From an uncultured Nitrospiraceae bacterium (GTDB lineage: Bacteria; Nitrospirota; Thermodesulfovibrionia; Thermodesulfovibrionales; Dissulfurispiraceae): 64,000 nucleotides of DNA. Position numbers and translations under genes: made by a program. Under the pieces are notes generated by a model that did not search any database, was not told the origin of the DNA, and was given only the letters and a program-made list of their open reading frames with translations. The DNA is taken from assembly GCA_963705105.1 (NCBI GenBank), contig CAVPIW010000006.1, forward strand, positions 160,001 to 224,000. Reading direction: 5' to 3'. Positions within the stretch are counted from its first letter, which is position 1. Each line of letters opens with the position of its first letter. Positions 61,003-64,000 of this stretch are shown here, piece by piece.

Positions 61003-61041
61003 AAAAAGAACAGGCAGGATCTCTTTCCTGCCTGTTCTTTT
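61003..61041. terminator. Bidirectional intrinsic terminator
   Basis: AAAAAGAACAGGCAGGA-TCTCTT-TCCTGCCTGTTCTTTT between convergent genes. Confidence 0.85.
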
Positions 61042-61065
61042 CTTGCGGAAACCCTGTCTTGCCTT

Positions 61066-61350
61066 TTACTTCATTCTCTTGACGAACTCCTCGGCGGGAA
61101 GGGCGGGGAGGGAGATGATCTCGACGGACCCGCGGGCGCCGAGTTCGACGGACATCTTCATGATCGTCTCGTTGTTTGCGGATTCGACGATATTGATGAA
61201 ATCGTAGGGACCGAGAACGGCGAACTGCTCGCGGACCTTGACGCCCATCGACTCCAGCTCCTTGTTCACTTCGAAAATCCTTGCAGGATTCTCCTTGATC
61301 GTCTTTCTCCCCTCATCGGTCAGTTTGCTGAGAAGCACATAGTAGGCCAT
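61066..61350 (-). CDS. GYD-domain protein
   Basis: LSKLTDEGRKTIKENP...LGPYDFINIVE...ELGARGSV. Confidence 0.88.
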   Translation of the reverse strand: MAYYVLLSKLTDEGRKTIKENPARIFEVNKELESMGVKVREQFAVLGPYDFINIVESANNETIMKMSVELGARGSVEIISLPALPAEEFVKRMK

Positions 61351-61420
61351 GATTATCCCTCCTGTTGGACATGCTCATTCTTGTATGAAAACTCTTTGTT
61401 TCCGAAGAACCCCGGACGCC

Positions 61421-61738
61421 TCAGGCGCACCGCCAGACCGACGGCTGAAGCACCTTCCTCATCCTTTCGGCGAAATCCTCTGCGGGCACTGCAGCGAGAG
61501 AGAGCAGCTTGAGAGTTCCCCGGGACCCGAGTTCAAGGGACATCTTCATGACGGCATCGTTGTTTTTCGCTTCAATGATGTTGACGAAGTCGTACTGTCC
61601 CGTTACGACATACTGCTGCTTCACCGTAATCCCCATTGCCGCGAGTTCCTCGTTGACCTTCAATATCCTCTCGGGTTTCTCCTGAATCGTTTTTCTTCCC
61701 TCTTCGGTCAGTTTCGTCAGGATAACGTAAAACGGCAT
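61421..61738 (-). CDS. GYD-domain protein (tandem paralog)
   Basis: LTKLTEEGRKTIQEKP...TGQYDFVNIIE...ELGSRGTL; start MPFY after RBS GGAGG. Confidence 0.88.
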   Translation of the reverse strand: MPFYVILTKLTEEGRKTIQEKPERILKVNEELAAMGITVKQQYVVTGQYDFVNIIEAKNNDAVMKMSLELGSRGTLKLLSLAAVPAEDFAERMRKVLQPSVWRCA

Positions 61739-61843
61739 AAGGAGCCCTCCTTCATGAAAAAAGTTCCTTCTTTTATACAATTTATACGGACGATTGTCAA
61801 CCGCAATACGTTGATTCTCAGCCGGCGTCAGGCGATATGCGGC

Positions 61844-62461
61844 TTATCCCTGCGGCTCCGGTCCGGCGGGACAACGGATGCCGTCGAAGGCGTAGAGAAT
61901 TCTTTTTTCCCTGTCCAGTTTGTCCTTCGGGAATGAACGGGGAACTGACCGCTCCAGCATGGCGATGGCTTCCTGCCGGGAAGGAAAGACGTCGGGACCT
62001 TCGGCGATGACACCATCCGTCACGGTGTCGATGATCTTGAGGAGTATGCCGTCGGTGACGGCTGCATAGGGAATCTGTGCCTCTTCAGCGACACGGCAGA
62101 AGGCGACGGCGTGGCGCTCCCACGAGTCGGGGGAACTCAGGGCGCATCGTATGAGAAACGCCCTGCGGCCCTGCAGTGCGATGAGTATGTCGGCCTTCAC
62201 CGTGAAGGTATTTCCCGCAAGGTCGACGCTGAACTCCCGGTTGATCTCTATTTCATCGGCGCTGTAGTCCTTTTCCCCGACGAGGAATTCCGCCACCTGT
62301 TTCTGAAGATATGTTGCTCCCCTTTCACTGAGCGATTCCTCAAGGCGGACCCTTTCGGCGACGAGGGCGGCCCTTTCCTCGGGGCTATCGGGATTTTTCC
62401 CAAGAGGGATTTTCATGGACACGGGTTCACCTCTTCGTAGAGTCGTAAAGTCGTCAGTCAT
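61844..62461 (-). CDS. Stand-alone type I restriction HsdR N-terminal-like domain protein
   Basis: FLVGEKDY..EIE, KADILI, IPYAAVTDG; no helicase motor. Confidence 0.65.
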   Translation of the reverse strand: MTDDFTTLRRGEPVSMKIPLGKNPDSPEERAALVAERVRLEESLSERGATYLQKQVAEFLVGEKDYSADEIEINREFSVDLAGNTFTVKADILIALQGRRAFLIRCALSSPDSWERHAVAFCRVAEEAQIPYAAVTDGILLKIIDTVTDGVIAEGPDVFPSRQEAIAMLERSVPRSFPKDKLDREKRILYAFDGIRCPAGPEPQG

Positions 62462-62556
62462 CAGTCTTCAATCGACAGTCGGAACAAGGACAGGAACACC
62501 CGGACGGAAAGGCCTTGAACCATATCTGCCTCCCCGAAGCTGATCAATGGAAATAA

Positions 62557-62770
62557 ACCTCACAGTTGCATGGAAAGGCGGGGCGAAGCGCCTCAAAGCC
62601 TTGCTGAAGGCGACGATGAGCATTGTCAGGTTCGTCTTTCAGGATCCCACTCTTTGTGTCGTCGACCATCGGCTTAAAAAGTCGTCTTCCGTAACGGTTA
62701 AGGTGTCGCCGCATCAAGGTTTTCGGAGCATACACCCCGCCTTTCCAGAAGGCGTATGCAACGATAAGGT
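62557..62770. repeat. Family A element, copy 10 (type II core)
   Basis: Full arms; core homologous to 15910-16124. Confidence 0.93.
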
Positions 62771-62817
62771 GAAATTGGTGAAGCTGAAATCCACGCGCCC
62801 GGATGATGCGCCTGGTC

Positions 62818-63381
62818 TCAGCCCTTGATCCCCTCTTTCAGGATGATGCCGTACCGCTCGTGCTGGAAGGGGTGCACTTCAGGCATCTTCGAGAAGAGCC
62901 ATCCCTTGTACACCTGTTTGCCCTTTTCGGTGATCTCTATTTTCACGGCGGGGTTTTTCGGATCATTGCTGGCGGATGTGATCGTCGTGCCGTCCATCCT
63001 GAACTCGGGGAGAAATTCTGTGACGGTCACTTTCAGGCCCGTGTTGGGAATGGCGTATTCAGAACCGATTTTGACGGTATGGTCGGATTTCTTGTTCGAC
63101 TTCCTGTCTTCGAGGACCAGGACCACCTTGCTCCATTTGCCCTTGACGCTGTCGGGGATGACGACGGTCTTTTCCACCTTAGGTCCCATGGGACCGTGGG
63201 GAGTCGGCGGGGCCTGCATGGGCGCCTGGCCCTGCGACTGCATGGGTTGCTGGATCGGGGCCTGAATGGGTTGTTCCTGTGCCGGGGTTTTCGGTACGGG
63301 TTGTTCCTCCTTTTTCTTACAGCCTGTAAAAAGGAGACATGCGGTTATCCCGACGGCTATGATCATGGCAACTTTTTTCAT
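62818..63381 (-). CDS. Lipoprotein with Pro/Gln linker (DUF2155-like C-terminus)
   Basis: Start MKKVAM after RBS GGAGGAG; lipobox FTGC; SNDPKNPAV, GWLF..MP.VHPF.H.RY. Confidence 0.8.
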   Translation of the reverse strand: MKKVAMIIAVGITACLLFTGCKKKEEQPVPKTPAQEQPIQAPIQQPMQSQGQAPMQAPPTPHGPMGPKVEKTVVIPDSVKGKWSKVVLVLEDRKSNKKSDHTVKIGSEYAIPNTGLKVTVTEFLPEFRMDGTTITSASNDPKNPAVKIEITEKGKQVYKGWLFSKMPEVHPFQHERYGIILKEGIKG

Positions 63382-63405
63382 CTGTTCTCCTCCGTTGTCA
63401 TTTCG

Positions 63406-63497
63406 TGGCGGAGAGGCAGGGATTCGAACCCTGGGTGAGGTGTTACCCCCACAACCGCTTAGCAGGCGGCTGCCTTCGACCACTCGGCCACCTCTCC
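63406..63497 (-). tRNA. tRNA-Ser (anticodon GCT), CCA encoded
   Basis: GGAGAGG...GCCGC-CTGCTAA-GCGGT, long variable arm, GGTTCGAATCC...CCTCTCCGCCA. Confidence 0.97.
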
Positions 63498-63540
63498 ACA
63501 AAATATCCTGTATATTATCAGGAGCCCGGAATAATTGTAA

Positions 63541-63609
63541 ACCTTCCCGTTGCGTGAAAAGGCGAGGCGTTGAGGCGTTTTGCCCCGCCTTTTCGCGCAA
63601 CTGCCGGGA
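63541..63609. repeat. Family A element, copy 11 (minimal, core-less hairpin)
   Basis: ACCTTCCCGTTGCGTGAAAAGGCGAGGC...GCCCCGCCTTTTCGCGCAAC. Confidence 0.8.
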
Positions 63610-63654
63610 TCAATGACTGCCCTCGGGCGGGTTTTTCCGTTATAATGAAAGACG

Positions 63655-64000
63655 ATGGACATCAGGAAAAAAGTCGCACAAACAATCGAAAAGTACTCCA
63701 TGATCCGGAAAGGGGACTCCGTCCTCGTCGCCCTCTCCGGAGGTCCCGATTCGGTCTGTCTCCTCGATATTCTGGACGGCCTGCGCTCCGACGGGTCGAT
63801 CGCCCTGTCGGCGGCCTATATTGATCACGGACTACGGCCGGAAGAGGCACTTCGTGAAGCGGCATTCTGCGGTGAACTCTGCCGGACCAGGGAGATCCCC
63901 TTCGTCACGAAGGCCGTGGATGTCAGGGCCTTCGCGCAGTCCGAAAAGCTGACCATCCAGGAAGCGGCCCGGGAGCTGCGGTACGGCAACCTCAGCGGGA
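63655..64000 (+). CDS. tilS: tRNA(Ile)-lysidine synthetase, N-terminal part (runs off window)
   Basis: Own translation: VLVALSGGPDSVCLL...IDHGLR...IQEAARELRY. Confidence 0.93.
   Translation, partial: MDIRKKVAQTIEKYSMIRKGDSVLVALSGGPDSVCLLDILDGLRSDGSIALSAAYIDHGLRPEEALREAAFCGELCRTREIPFVTKAVDVRAFAQSEKLTIQEAARELRYGNLSG

Noticed and set aside
62818..63600. 260-aa ORF as called in the track
   Set aside because: Its N-terminal extension runs through tRNA-Ser and a repeat. The real start is at 63381, with an RBS and lipoprotein signal.

Overview
A 64-kb GC-rich chromosomal segment from a bacterium, probably an anaerobe. The gene content resembles Nitrospirota/Thermodesulfovibrionia or Desulfobacterota; this is inference, not a search result. 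About 55 real CDSs. They are dominated by a 5.5-37 kb signalling and transport island: three TauE/SafE (TSUP) permeases with accessory membrane proteins, five USP genes, two CBS proteins, an ArsB/NhaD-type transporter, TrkAH, a PEP-synthase-like dikinase with a non-canonical C-terminus, many histidine kinases and receivers, GntR and a sigma54 activator. The window also holds kup (partial), rhlE, hicAB, tRNA-Leu(TAA), an MqnP/UbiA plus amidohydrolase pair, a second kinase cluster, a CDF metal exporter, tRNA-Ser(GCT) and tilS (partial). The most striking unexplained signal is non-coding: (i) 11 copies of a modular palindromic element (about 70-215 bp; ACCTT-N3-GTTGCA...GAAAGGCGGGG / CCCCGCCTTTC...TGCAAC-N3-AAGGT) with compensatory changes and swappable cores; (ii) tandem arrays of AGTGT(C/G) hexamers whose spacers copy the local flanking DNA; (iii) a GTCATTCC...GGAATGAC hairpin family, and a 171-bp composite duplicated 15,160 bp apart. 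Also found: a candidate sigma54-dependent sRNA, a terminator-containing kup leader (possible ion riboswitch), an uncalled 29-aa membrane peptide, a probable AUU start codon and His-less or ATPase-degenerate kinases. All calls are by eye and no searches were run.
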